Shown in pieces: positions 18,351 through 29,400 of a stretch of DNA of 54,497 nt (the stretch's first letter is position 1; each line of letters starts with the position of its first letter). Source of the DNA: a virus. Taxonomy: Duplodnaviria; Caudoviricetes. A model generated the notes under the pieces. It was not told where the DNA came from, searched no databases, and worked only from the letters and a program-made list of their open reading frames with translations. Location of the stretch: positions 1 through 54,497 of the IMG/VR virus record IMGVR_UViG_3300046171_000026; one strand, written 5' to 3'. The translations under genes were made by a program, and so were the position numbers.

Positions 18351-19012
18351 TGGCCCTTACAAAATTTAATTATAATAGTTTTGATTTAACAACTGCAGCT
18401 AGCAAAGGTCTTGCATTTAATTCTAGTGCTAATGGTTTTGAAACATCATCAGGTACATCCATGACTTTAATTAAAACTTTGACAGCAAGTTCTGATTCTA
18501 CTTTATCATTTGTACACGGAAGTTCTGATGTCGTATTAGATAGTACATATCCTGTTTACTTATTTAAGTTTATTAGTATGCATCCAAGTGCAGATGGCAA
18601 AATGTTTCAAGTAAATTTTTCTTCAGATAGTGGTTCAAATTACAATGTCACTAAAACAAGCACAAGTTTTAGAGGATATCATGATGAAGCTAATAGTTCT
18701 GCTTCTTTACAATATACCGATGGATTTGATCAAGCACAAGAAACAGGTTTTCAAACAATTTCAGCTCCTATTGGAAGTGACAATGACCAATCAGTATCAG
18801 GTGAATTATATTTGTTTTCACCATCTTCAACAACTTTTGTAAAACATTTTACTGCAGTAAGTAATGGTTGTCACAGTGGTGATGCTTCTAGTAATATTTA
18901 CACAGCTGGTTATGGAAATACAACATCAGCAATAGATGCAGTACAATTTAAATTTTTAACAGATAATATGGATTCAGGAACAATAAAACTTTATGGAATA
19001 GCGGATAGTTAA
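18350..19012 (+). CDS. Fibre-associated paralogue A2
   Basis: Same family motifs (PSSTTFVKHF, AIDAVQF, GTIKLYG). Confidence 0.75.
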   Translation: MALTKFNYNSFDLTTAASKGLAFNSSANGFETSSGTSMTLIKTLTASSDSTLSFVHGSSDVVLDSTYPVYLFKFISMHPSADGKMFQVNFSSDSGSNYNVTKTSTSFRGYHDEANSSASLQYTDGFDQAQETGFQTISAPIGSDNDQSVSGELYLFSPSSTTFVKHFTAVSNGCHSGDASSNIYTAGYGNTTSAIDAVQFKFLTDNMDSGTIKLYGIADS

Positions 19013-19668
19013 TGGCACTTAATAAATTAAAATTTAATAGTTTAAATGTAACACCAACAGCAGGTAAGACAGTTGGATTTAATTCTAGTGCTAATGGATT
19101 AGAGGCTACATTTAGTGGTGGAGCTATGACTTTTATTAAAAAGTTGACCGCTAGTTCAAGCGGTGATTTAACATTTCATAATGGGACATCAGATGTAGTT
19201 TTTGATTCTACTTATAAAGAATACTTATTTATTTTTAAAAATATGCACCCACAAACTGACATGGTTGATTTTCAATTTCAAATAAATGCTGCAGGTGGTG
19301 CTGATTTTAATGAAACAATTACATCTACTTACTTTAGAGCATACCATACAGAATCAGATGGAAATGCACTTGGATATTATAGTAGTGGAGATTTAGCACA
19401 AGGAACAGGATTTCAAATGTTATCAGATGATTGGGGTAATGCTAATGATGAAAGTTTATCAGGATACTTACATTTTTTTAATCCATCATCAACTACATTT
19501 GTAAAACATTTTCAAGGAAATATTATTCAAGTTCATGGGGATGAGGCAGCTTGGACAGGGCGTATGGCTGGTTATGTAAATACAACATCAGCAATTGATG
19601 AGGTAAGATTTAAAGCCTCTAGCGGCAACATAGATGCAGGAACAATAACACTATATGGAATTAATTAA
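19012..19668 (+). CDS. Fibre-associated paralogue A3
   Basis: Same family motifs (PSSTTFVKHF, GNIDAGTITLYG). Confidence 0.75.
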   Translation: MALNKLKFNSLNVTPTAGKTVGFNSSANGLEATFSGGAMTFIKKLTASSSGDLTFHNGTSDVVFDSTYKEYLFIFKNMHPQTDMVDFQFQINAAGGADFNETITSTYFRAYHTESDGNALGYYSSGDLAQGTGFQMLSDDWGNANDESLSGYLHFFNPSSTTFVKHFQGNIIQVHGDEAAWTGRMAGYVNTTSAIDEVRFKASSGNIDAGTITLYGIN

Positions 19669-19677
19669 GGAGAAACA

Positions 19678-20526
19678 ATGTACATAGGAAAAACACCCAC
19701 AGTAGGTAACTTCCAAGTCTGTGATGCGATATCAGTCGTAAACGGACAGGCAGCTTATACCCTACAAGTAGGAGGCGTAAATGTCGCCCCAGAATCAGCT
19801 AATCATATGCTGGTGTCACTCAATGGAATTTTACAAAAACCAGGATCATCCTTTACAATTTCAGGTAGTACGATGACCTTCGCCTCGAATTTGGCGACAG
19901 GGGATGTTATCGACTTTGTTCAGATATTAGGCAATGTGCTCGACATCGGTGCACCTTCAGATGATACTGTGACCGCTGCTAAATTAAACAATGATGTTAT
20001 ATCAGGGCAGACAGCTTTAACTAGTGCCCCTGCAGATACAGATGAATTACTGATATCAGATGCGGGGACTATAAAGAGAATTGATTACTCTTTAATTAAA
20101 GGTGGAAAAGTAAAATCAATAAATGCTACAGCAAATAGCACATTAGCTCAAGTATCATCAAATTCTGAAACTTTTGCTGATGTAAGTGGTCAAGATTTAG
20201 TTATTACGCCAGCGTCAACTTCTTCTAAATTTGTTTTATTTGTAAGCACACATACAGATACAGGAGGTGATGGCCATGGTCTTACAACAAGATTAACATA
20301 TAATCATTCTGGCATTTCTCAAACAGAACTTGATGATAATTATGACAGTTATGGTTATCATGCAAGAGCAGATAGAACTAATACTTGGCAATCTATGAAT
20401 TATTATCTAGCACCAAGCACAACTAATGAAATAACTTTTAGATTACAAATTGCAACAGTAACAGCTGGAGAATCTGCTTATTTTAACAGAAGAGCTTACA
20501 GATGTATAGCAGTGGAGTATGAATAA
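19678..20526 (+). CDS. Tail fibre / receptor-binding protein, cassette B
   Basis: Paralogue of 16525-17373 with the same 282-aa length. Confidence 0.7.
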   Translation: MYIGKTPTVGNFQVCDAISVVNGQAAYTLQVGGVNVAPESANHMLVSLNGILQKPGSSFTISGSTMTFASNLATGDVIDFVQILGNVLDIGAPSDDTVTAAKLNNDVISGQTALTSAPADTDELLISDAGTIKRIDYSLIKGGKVKSINATANSTLAQVSSNSETFADVSGQDLVITPASTSSKFVLFVSTHTDTGGDGHGLTTRLTYNHSGISQTELDDNYDSYGYHARADRTNTWQSMNYYLAPSTTNEITFRLQIATVTAGESAYFNRRAYRCIAVEYE

Positions 20527-20846
20527 TGATTAATATATTAGACGCAATAATAGCAATAAATTCAAATGCAAGAGCATTTGTTGAAGGTACAGATATAGAT
20601 AATTGTATTATCAAATGGATGGATGGAACTTCTGAAATATCTAAAGCAGATATAAAAACTAAAATAGCAGAACTTCAAACTGCCTATGATAATAATAAAT
20701 ATCAAAGGGATAGAGCTGTAGCTTATAAACAATTAAAAGAACAATTAGATTTATTATACCACGATATGACAGCAGGCAAAGGTGACAAAACTGGAGAGTG
20801 GTACAAACATGTTAAAGCAGTTAAAGATGCTAACCCTAAAGGATAA
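20526..20846 (+). CDS. Putative fibre chaperone/partner, cassette B
   Basis: Paralogue of 17373-17669. Confidence 0.65.
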   Translation: MINILDAIIAINSNARAFVEGTDIDNCIIKWMDGTSEISKADIKTKIAELQTAYDNNKYQRDRAVAYKQLKEQLDLLYHDMTAGKGDKTGEWYKHVKAVKDANPKG

Positions 20847-20849
20847 TAG

Positions 20850-21464
20850 ATGTCAATCAATGTATGCAATGACAGATCCATGGCATCCATTACCAGTCTC
20901 CCTTCAGGGGTCTCTGGTAGTAGCTTAGTATTATTATCTACAGTAACTGCGTCTAGTTCATCTACAGTAACTTTTGATAGTGGTATAGATTCTACTTATA
21001 AAGAATATGTTTTTAAGTTTATTAATATTCATCCATCTACAGATGATAGTGGAAATGGAGTTAATTTAAATGTTAATTTTAGAGATGGAAGCACTGCATA
21101 TGACGCTACCAAAACAACTACTTATTTTAGTACATATCATAATGAAGGAGATTCAAGTACAGGTTTAGCATACTCAACAAGTTTTGATTTAGCACAAGGA
21201 ACAGGTGTTGCGATATTAGGTAGTGGTACAGGCGGTGATGCTGATCAATCTGCTTCTGGAGAAATGATATTATTTGACCCTTCATCTACAACATTTGTAA
21301 AACATTTTATTAGTAAAGTTCATAATTCACAATCAGATGACCATGCAACTACAAATTTTGTAGCTGGCTACTGTAATGTAACTGCAGCTATTGATGGAGT
21401 GCAGTTTTCAACAAATACAGGAAATATAGAAAGTGGAACATTTAAATTATATGGAGTTGTGTAA
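20850..21464 (+). CDS. Fibre-associated paralogue B1
   Basis: PSSTTFVKHF family; closest in signature to A1 (SLVL.ST.T.SSSSTV...SGIDSTYKEY, GTFKLYGV). Confidence 0.75.
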   Translation: MSINVCNDRSMASITSLPSGVSGSSLVLLSTVTASSSSTVTFDSGIDSTYKEYVFKFINIHPSTDDSGNGVNLNVNFRDGSTAYDATKTTTYFSTYHNEGDSSTGLAYSTSFDLAQGTGVAILGSGTGGDADQSASGEMILFDPSSTTFVKHFISKVHNSQSDDHATTNFVAGYCNVTAAIDGVQFSTNTGNIESGTFKLYGVV

Positions 21465-22081
21465 TGTCAATTGTAACTTATAACAACAGAAGCATTGCAA
21501 ATATCTCAGCTATACCTGGGGCAGCTAAATCATTAACACATATTAAAACTTTGACTGCTAGTAGTTCAGCTAATTTAAGTTTTGTGGACGGAAGTTCAGA
21601 TGTAGTTTTAGATAATACATATCCCATATATTTATTTAAGTTTATTAATATTCATGGTGCAACAGAAGATGCAGAATTTCAATTTCAAGGAAGTACAGAT
21701 AGTGGAAGTAATTATAACACTACAATCACATCTTCAGCATTTCAAGCTAATCAAACAGAAGGTGCTTCAACATTTTTTGGATATAATAGTAATTGGGATT
21801 TAGCACAATCTACAAATTTTCAAACTCTATTTAATAATTTAGATGCTGATAATGACGAATGTTTAAGTGGACATCTACATTTATTTAACCCAAGCAACAC
21901 AACTTTTGTAAAACATTTTATGAGTAGAATACAAGGTGTTACTTCTGCTGATTCCTCACAAGATGATTTTAGAGGTGGTTATTTCAACTCTACATCAGCT
22001 ATTGACGCAATACAATTTAAAATGTCTAGTGGCAACATAGACGCTGGCACTATCAAACTCTACGGAATAAAGGATTCATAA
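21464..22081 (+). CDS. Fibre-associated paralogue B2
   Basis: Family motifs; shares IKTLTASS, TYP.YLFKFI and GTIKLYGI.DS with A2. Confidence 0.75.
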   Translation: MSIVTYNNRSIANISAIPGAAKSLTHIKTLTASSSANLSFVDGSSDVVLDNTYPIYLFKFINIHGATEDAEFQFQGSTDSGSNYNTTITSSAFQANQTEGASTFFGYNSNWDLAQSTNFQTLFNNLDADNDECLSGHLHLFNPSNTTFVKHFMSRIQGVTSADSSQDDFRGGYFNSTSAIDAIQFKMSSGNIDAGTIKLYGIKDS

Positions 22082-22698
22082 TGAGCATAGTTACACTTAA
22101 TAATAGGGGAGTTAGATCGGTCACAACCTTTGGGTCAGTTAGTGGTGGATCTATGGTGTTTATTAAAAAGTTGACTGCTAGTTCTAGTGGTACTTTAAGT
22201 TTTGTTAATGGTAGTTCTGATGTGGTGTTAGATTCTACCTATAAGGAATATGTATTTACATTTAATAATATTCATCCATCAGCTAATGATAGGCATTTTC
22301 AATTTAATGGTAGTACAGATAGTGGAAGTAATTACAATGTTACTAAAACAACTACATACTTTAATGCTTATCATAATGAATCAGACTCTGCCACTTCCTT
22401 AACATATGATACTGGTGCTGATTTAGCACAATCTACAGGATTTCAAGGAATTGGATTTGGTCTAGGTAATGATGCAGATCAAAGTTTGTCTGGAACTTTA
22501 CATTTGTTTAACCCGTCATCAACTACGTTTGTTAAACACTTTATCTCTACTTGTAATTTTACTCAACATTCAGATTATAGTTGGAATGGATATGTTGGTG
22601 GATATTTTAATACTACATCAGCAATTGATGCAATAAGATTTCAATTAAATGCTGATAACATAGACGCTGGAGATATTTGCCTTTACGGAATTTTATAA
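22081..22698 (+). CDS. Fibre-associated paralogue B3
   Basis: Family motifs; shares SGG.M.FIKKLTASSSG with A3. Confidence 0.75.
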   Translation: MSIVTLNNRGVRSVTTFGSVSGGSMVFIKKLTASSSGTLSFVNGSSDVVLDSTYKEYVFTFNNIHPSANDRHFQFNGSTDSGSNYNVTKTTTYFNAYHNESDSATSLTYDTGADLAQSTGFQGIGFGLGNDADQSLSGTLHLFNPSSTTFVKHFISTCNFTQHSDYSWNGYVGGYFNTTSAIDAIRFQLNADNIDAGDICLYGIL

Positions 22699-22716
22699 CA
22701 ATAGGAGAAAAAAACA

Positions 22717-23004
22717 ATGCCAAGATATCATAATATAAATGGTAACAAAGTACAGTTTACAGCTGAAGAAGAAGCTGCAAGAGATGCTGAAGAAAAAGCG
22801 TGGGCAGATGCTGCCCCTGCTAGAGCTTTAGCTGACCTTAGAGCTAAAAGAAATAGACTTCTTGCTGAGACTGATTACTTAGCTTTATCTGATAATACTC
22901 TATCTGATGATATGAAAACATATCGTAAAGATCTTAGAGATTTACCTTCAGGTAAAGATACTGTTGCAAAATGTGAAAACGCTACGTGGCCGACTAAACC
23001 TTAA
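22717..23004 (+). CDS. Tail fibre assembly chaperone
   Basis: LR.KRN.LL.ETD...YR..LRDLP...WP.KP motif typical of phage tail assembly chaperones. Confidence 0.75.
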   Translation: MPRYHNINGNKVQFTAEEEAARDAEEKAWADAAPARALADLRAKRNRLLAETDYLALSDNTLSDDMKTYRKDLRDLPSGKDTVAKCENATWPTKP

Positions 23005-23126
23005 TGGCTAGAGTAAATTTTGTACATTTTGTACCAAGACCAAAACCTAAGAAACGACCAGGAAGACATAGAAAAAATTTAAACAAAAGATCAACATTTA
23101 AAAAATACAATCGACAAGGAAGATAA
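23004..23126 (+). CDS. Small highly basic peptide (40 aa)
   Basis: TAATG coupled; MARVNFVHFVPRPKPKKRPGRHRK...KKYNRQGR*. Confidence 0.6.
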   Translation: MARVNFVHFVPRPKPKKRPGRHRKNLNKRSTFKKYNRQGR

Positions 23127-23129
23127 ACA

Positions 23130-24509
23130 ATGGTAGCAACAGTAGATACAGTAGCATTGCAGACAGGGGCAGTTAAGCCTACATCTAGTAATCAGACTAC
23201 AGCAAGTAAAGCTACATCTTTAATTGAGTCTATAGTAGCTAAACCTACTATGCCTACGGGGACTACTATATCTCCACAATTACAAAATGTAGGACCTAAC
23301 GAATTAATGAGTACTGCAGGGGTTACAGGTACTACAGCAGCAGCAATGCCAACAGCCGCAGCAGCACCTACAATAACAGGAGCCGCAGCACCTACAAGTA
23401 CAGCAGCAACTATGCCTACAGCACAGACTGCAAATACTTATACACAAGCTGGAGTAGCAGGATCAACTCCTACTATGACTGCAGCTCAAGGTACAGTAAC
23501 AGCACCTGCAGTAGCAGCTCAAGGTACAGTTAGTACAGATGCTACAGTTAGAGGTCAGTTAGCTGATTTACAACAAGATGTAACTACAGCAGTACAATCT
23601 GGTAATCCTTTACCTGTATGGGCTAGAGGTGCAGCAAAAGCTACTGAAGCAGCTATGGCTAATAGAGGTATGAGCCAAAGTTCTATGGCAGCTGAAGCAT
23701 TAGCTGAAGGTATTATGAATGCAGCTGTTCCAATAGCAGCAGCAGATGCACAGACTTATAAAGATATGATCTTTCAAAATCTGGCAAATAATCAACAAGC
23801 TGCAATTACAAATGCTCAATCATATCTTAAAATGGATATGGCTAACTTGTCTAATACACAACAAGCTAACTTACAAAATATTCAAGCAAGACAATCTTTT
23901 TTATTATCAGATCAAGCAGCAGCAAATGCAGCTTATCAATTTAATGCTACTAGTCAAAATCAAGTTAATCAATTCTATGATAATATGTCTGCAACATTGT
24001 CTCAACAAAATGCATCTAGAGCAGATGCTATGAAACAATATGCAACTAGTGAAGCAAATAAAATTTCAGCATTAAATGCACAAAATACTGTGCAAGTAGA
24101 TGAAGCTAACGCACAAAGAGAATCAGCTATTAATCAATTTAATGCTACATTAAGTAATCAAAGACAACAATTTAATGTTAATAATCAAAGAGAAATTGAT
24201 CAATCAAATGTAGTTTGGAGAAGAGGTATTAATACTGCAAATACTGCAGCTGTTAATGCAGCTAATCAAACTAATGCACAAAATTTACTAAACTTATCTA
24301 ACTGGGCAATGTCAGCAGCATGGCAACAATGGAGAGATGAAGCTTCATGGGTTAATACATCTTCTGAAAATGAACAGAATAGAAATCATAATTTAGCTAT
24401 GGCTGCACTTGAGAGATCTACAGCAGTAGATTTACAAGATCAATCATCTAAAGATGCTATGTATCAAATGATTGGTAAGTTTGGTTTTGATTTATTAACA
24501 GGTAAGTAG
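23130..24509 (+). CDS. Internal virion / DNA-ejection protein (Ala/Gln/Asn-rich)
   Basis: Long Q/N/A-rich helical region; position after the tail genes. Confidence 0.65.
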   Translation: MVATVDTVALQTGAVKPTSSNQTTASKATSLIESIVAKPTMPTGTTISPQLQNVGPNELMSTAGVTGTTAAAMPTAAAAPTITGAAAPTSTAATMPTAQTANTYTQAGVAGSTPTMTAAQGTVTAPAVAAQGTVSTDATVRGQLADLQQDVTTAVQSGNPLPVWARGAAKATEAAMANRGMSQSSMAAEALAEGIMNAAVPIAAADAQTYKDMIFQNLANNQQAAITNAQSYLKMDMANLSNTQQANLQNIQARQSFLLSDQAAANAAYQFNATSQNQVNQFYDNMSATLSQQNASRADAMKQYATSEANKISALNAQNTVQVDEANAQRESAINQFNATLSNQRQQFNVNNQREIDQSNVVWRRGINTANTAAVNAANQTNAQNLLNLSNWAMSAAWQQWRDEASWVNTSSENEQNRNHNLAMAALERSTAVDLQDQSSKDAMYQMIGKFGFDLLTGK

Positions 24510-24518
24510 GAGATATAA

Positions 24519-24875
24519 ATGTTTAAAAGTATAGGAAATGCATTGAAAGGGGCAGTATCTGGAGCAGCAGCTTGGGCAGGAAGTGCTATAGGTGGTGCTA
24601 TAGGTGGTCCAACTGGAGCAAAGATAGGAGGTACTCTTGGTGGTAAGCTTGCTAGTAGTCTATTAGAAAAAAAAGCTGGTGGTGGAGATTATAAAATTCA
24701 AGACACTAGCGTTGCAGCACCTAACTTAGCTCAGTTTGGAAACATGAGTTCATATAGACCAGGTGAAGCTAGAGGAGTAGATCAAAGATTAACTACTGTA
24801 GATGCAGATACATTAAATCAAGAATGGGAATACAGATTAACAAAAGGTTTTAGAAATAAAAATCTATTTACGTAA
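24519..24875 (+). CDS. Gly-rich putative internal virion protein
   Basis: GxxxG-rich hydrophobic N-terminus; AGGAG RBS. Confidence 0.6.
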   Translation: MFKSIGNALKGAVSGAAAWAGSAIGGAIGGPTGAKIGGTLGGKLASSLLEKKAGGGDYKIQDTSVAAPNLAQFGNMSSYRPGEARGVDQRLTTVDADTLNQEWEYRLTKGFRNKNLFT

Positions 24876-24883
24876 GGAGATAC

Positions 24884-25402
24884 ATGGATCAATTTAAAGA
24901 AGCACCAAATAACCCTTTTGATGCCCCAGTACCTGGACAAGGTTTAACTGATAAACCAGGTAATTATCCTTGGGAGCATCCACCACAATTTACAAATACA
25001 TCTGAAGCTGCAGATTTTGTTTGGGATAAATTAACTCAACCACAATTTGCTGAACAAGTAATTGCTATGTTAGATTCAGGAATACCTGTAGAAGCTATTG
25101 GTAGAATTATTATATTTAGTGGTTTTATAGAAGGTAAGTGGACTCCAGATGTTGCATTTATAATTGCAGAACCTGTAATGAAAATGATTGCAGCAATGGG
25201 TATTCAAGGTGGTGTTAAAAAATTTAGAATATCTATGTCAGATTTAACAAATAATAAAGCAATGAAAACTATATTAGATGTTAAAAAAAATAAACAAGAA
25301 TTTGAAAAAGCTGCTATGGGTGCTACAAAAAGTTTAGAAAAACCTATGGCACAAGGGCTAATGGCTCCACCCCCACAACCAGAAACTGAGGAGATGATAT
25401 AA
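24884..25402 (+). CDS. Conserved virion-module hypothetical protein
   Basis: P.PGQ.LT..P..YPWE.PPQ motif; AAGGAG RBS. Confidence 0.7.
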   Translation: MDQFKEAPNNPFDAPVPGQGLTDKPGNYPWEHPPQFTNTSEAADFVWDKLTQPQFAEQVIAMLDSGIPVEAIGRIIIFSGFIEGKWTPDVAFIIAEPVMKMIAAMGIQGGVKKFRISMSDLTNNKAMKTILDVKKNKQEFEKAAMGATKSLEKPMAQGLMAPPPQPETEEMI

Positions 25403-26448
25403 TGGCTATAGATTTTGGAAGAATGGCAAGAGGTATTGCTACAGGATATCTTGGGCAAAAGCTAGCAAATACAGCAGCTAATGATGAATTAAAAAGTAGA
25501 ATTATTGAGAGAGCAGGAATTAATTTTTATGAAAATACATTACCTGAATTTCAAAAAAAAGAAAAAAGTAGAGAAGAAACATACAAAAAATTAAGTGCAA
25601 GATATGGTGCTAATGTTGCAGAGTATATGGATCAAGAAGGTTTTATAACTGGTAATCCAAATGATTATGCTAATATTGAAAAAGATTTAGGTGCTAATGA
25701 TAATTTTAATGAAACAAAATTAAAAGCATATTTAGAAGCTACTAATGCTGGTAGTTATGAATCTAGAAAAGAAGGTAGAGTTAGTGCTATACAGGACAGA
25801 GAAAAATTTGTTACAGGTAATTTAAGTAAAAATCAAATAGGTGATATGACAGCTAAATTGTTTTTAAGTCAAGGTGAAACAATGACTGACGCAAGTGAAG
25901 CTACTGCACCTAAGATGACTACAGAGCAAGTAACTATTCCAGGTGAAATGGTTCCAGGTACTCCTATTAAAACTATGGATACTGTAGAAACTAGAGAAGT
26001 TCCTGTAGAGAGTAAAACAGCTGAACTACCTAGCTATGAAGAAATATTTGGAGATGGTGTAGAAAAAGCTGAAACAGTATATTTAAAAATGGACAGAGAG
26101 GACAAAATTGCTTATAGAAAATTATCTGATGATCAATTTAAAGCTGATACTTTAAATGAAGTTAGTGGTATGAGATCATTACAAAAAGGATATAAAGAAG
26201 ATTATAATAAACTTTCTGATGATGTTAAAAATCAATTTACATTAAATGAGTATGCGAGAGAAAGATATTTTAAAGAAAAATTTTTACCTAATCAAGGTTT
26301 AAGTTATCAAACAGCAGAGCCTTCAGATATCACTACAGCTAGAGAGTTAATAAATTATTATAATGCTGATGGTCAGGATAATATAGTTGAAGAAATTAAA
26401 AATAGGCTACGTGAAAAAGGATATAATTTAACAGATTATAATTTATAA
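25402..26448 (+). CDS. Putative internal virion protein
   Basis: 348-aa charged helical ORF, TAATG coupled. Confidence 0.6.
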   Translation: MAIDFGRMARGIATGYLGQKLANTAANDELKSRIIERAGINFYENTLPEFQKKEKSREETYKKLSARYGANVAEYMDQEGFITGNPNDYANIEKDLGANDNFNETKLKAYLEATNAGSYESRKEGRVSAIQDREKFVTGNLSKNQIGDMTAKLFLSQGETMTDASEATAPKMTTEQVTIPGEMVPGTPIKTMDTVETREVPVESKTAELPSYEEIFGDGVEKAETVYLKMDREDKIAYRKLSDDQFKADTLNEVSGMRSLQKGYKEDYNKLSDDVKNQFTLNEYARERYFKEKFLPNQGLSYQTAEPSDITTARELINYYNADGQDNIVEEIKNRLREKGYNLTDYNL

Positions 26449-26450
26449 TC

Positions 26451-29400
26451 ATGTCAGAATTATTTAACGATTTAAAACCTAAAGAAAAAAAGATTCCTGA
26501 TAATATACAGATTAATAAAAGTATGTTTAGTGATCTTATGCCATCTGAAGATAAACATCAGTATAAAATAACTGAAGAAGGTAATCGTGGAACTAATCTA
26601 ACTAATGAAGATAAGATAGAACCTGGATTATTTGATGATTTAAAACCTACAAATACAGAAGAAGATAGAGAAGATATTGATGGAGATGCAGATCTTTGGG
26701 ATAAAATTGCATTTGCTACTAAATTAGGATTTACAGATACTTATAGAGGTGTAAAACAAATTGCTAATGTAGGTAAAGAAGAAATGAAAAAAGATCAGGA
26801 AAAACTATATCAATATATGGAAAATCCTGATGGTAGTACTAACTATGCAGTTGCAGCAGCTTACTTTGGTAGTGCTATATTAGATCCTGCAGGTTGGTTA
26901 ATACCTGTAACTAAAGCAAGAACATTATATAAAGCAGCTAAGTATGGTTTTGTAAGTTCTGGTATAGCTGGAGGTTTAGGCTATGTTGACGAAAATAGTA
27001 TATTAGATAGTAGAGGTAAACAAGCTGCAGCTAGTGCAGTTGGTGGTACAATATTATCTCCAGTAATTACAGCTGTTGGTAAAAAAATAAAAGGTGAAAA
27101 AGTATTTACAAGAGAGTCTTTAGGTATACCTGGATTTGATGCACCTAGTGTTAAAACACAAGCTGACGTAGAATTACAAAAAGTTAAACTACAGAATGAA
27201 GCAGGTAAAAAAGATAGAGATGCACTTGCTAGAAAAAAAATTGAAATAGATGATCCTGAAATGTTAAAGGATATGCCATCTAATAAAACTCAAATGTTAA
27301 GAGGTCCTAGACTTTGGTTTAGAGAAAATGTAGTTAAACCATATGAAAAAAAATTTGGTAAACCTATTTTAAATTATTTAACTAATGGTGAATATGGTGC
27401 AGAAGCAGGCGGTGCAGCTACAGGTGGAATTGTAGGATATGCTTCATCTGAAAGTGATGCACCCATTACAACTAAATTTGCTAGAGCATTTACTGGTGCA
27501 TTAATAAGTGCAGGTGGTATTAAAGCTACTAGACATATTAATTTACCAACAAGAACATTTGGTAAAGGTGAAGACCAGACAGAAGAAGTAAGTGAAAGTA
27601 TAGCAGAATGGCTAGGTAGAAATTTTATTGATGGTTATGGTCTACCAAAAGAATTTAAAGCATTGCAAGCAGAAGCACAGGGATTTTCTAATCATATAGC
27701 TATGAGATTTAGTTTTATGGCACAGAAAATTAAAAATAATTTAACTGATGATGAACAAAAAATTTTACATAATTTATTACAAGGTGATACAAAAATAAAA
27801 GTTGCACCTGCAAAATTACAAGAATTGAGTAAAGATGCTAGAAAATTAATTACAGAAGTTGCACAAGAATATGTTGATGCAGGATTAATAACTAGAGAAA
27901 CTTTTACAAAAAATAAAAATATATATTTAAAAAGATCATACAGAGGTAAACTTAAAGATAGACCATTTGGAGAAGAATTAAAATTAAGAGGTGCTACTTT
28001 AAAAGTTACTAAAGATGAGTATAATAAAATATATAAAAAACAAAAAGCATATACAACTACATCTGAAGCTGTACAAAAGAAAACAGGTTTATTTGTAGAA
28101 AAAGAAGGTACTAAAAAATTAATTAAAAATCACAGAGGTTGGGAATTATTACCTAGTTCAGAAACTAATTTTAAAAAATTAAAAAAGAATGATATGGTTG
28201 AGATTAGATGGGAGTATACTAAACCTCAACGAGTTGGATTAAGTGAAATAGAAGACGCATCATATGCTATAGCTGAAACAGGTAGAGCTTTTTCAACTAC
28301 ATTAAGTCAATTTAGATTATACAAAAATATATCTAAAACAGATTATGTATTTGATTCATTAAAAAATATACCTATAGCAGAAAGAGGTAACTATAAAATG
28401 ATACCTACTACTGACATGGGTAAAACAGGTGGTAAAAAAAGATTTGGTGCACTTGCTGGTAAGTATGTACCAGAAGAAATATATAAAAATTTAGTTGCTG
28501 CTAATAAATATGCTAGAGCAGAATCTAGTGCATTTTATAAAGGGTATAGAAAATTAAATTCTGTTTGGAAAATATCTAAAACAGCATGGAATCCTACAGT
28601 ACATGTAAATAATATAATGAGTAATTTTGTATTACATGATTTAGTAGATGCAGAAATAAAATATTTACCTAAAGCATGGACAGCTTTAACAACTCATGGT
28701 AAAAAGAATAAAGCTGGTAAATTACAAAGATCAGAATTAGTAGAAACTGCAACAAAATATGGTGTATTTGATTCAGGTTTTATACAAGTTGAATTAAAAA
28801 ATATTCAAAGCGGAACTAAGTTTCCATATAAATTTGATGAAAATTTAGATACCTTTAATAACTCTGTTAATGCAGCAAAAAATATATATGAAAATGGAGT
28901 ACTAAAAAATAAGCTAGGTTTAGAAACTTTAACACAATGGTATGGTTTTGAAGATGCAGTATTTAGACTATCAGTATTTCAAGATAGACTTTCAAAAGGT
29001 TGGAGTGCAGCCGATGCAGCATTAGATGCTAGAAAATCTTTTATAGATTATAATATTGATGCACCTGCCATTAACTGGATGAGAAATACAGTTACTCCTT
29101 TTTTAGCATACACATATAGAATTATACCTATACTTGCAGAGACAGCTATTGTTAGACCATGGAAGTATGCAAAATATGCAGCACTTGGTTATGGTTTAAA
29201 TAAAATGGGTGGTATCGTAGGTGGAGGAGACGAAGAAGCAGAACGTGCAGTTATGCCAGAAAGAAAACAAGGTGAGTTTTTAAATATGGGATTTCTACCA
29301 TTTAGAAATATAAAAGTTCCAATACCTCCAGGAGAAGATGGTAAACCTTATTACATGGACTTTACTAGATTTGTTCCTGGCGGAGATATATTAGATTTAA

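Noticed and set aside
17673-22698. Diversity-generating retroelement, shufflon or CRISPR-like array
   Set aside because: No reverse transcriptase or invertase, no TR/VR pair with adenine-specific differences, all copies co-oriented, and the repeats are coding motifs rather than repeat-spacer units
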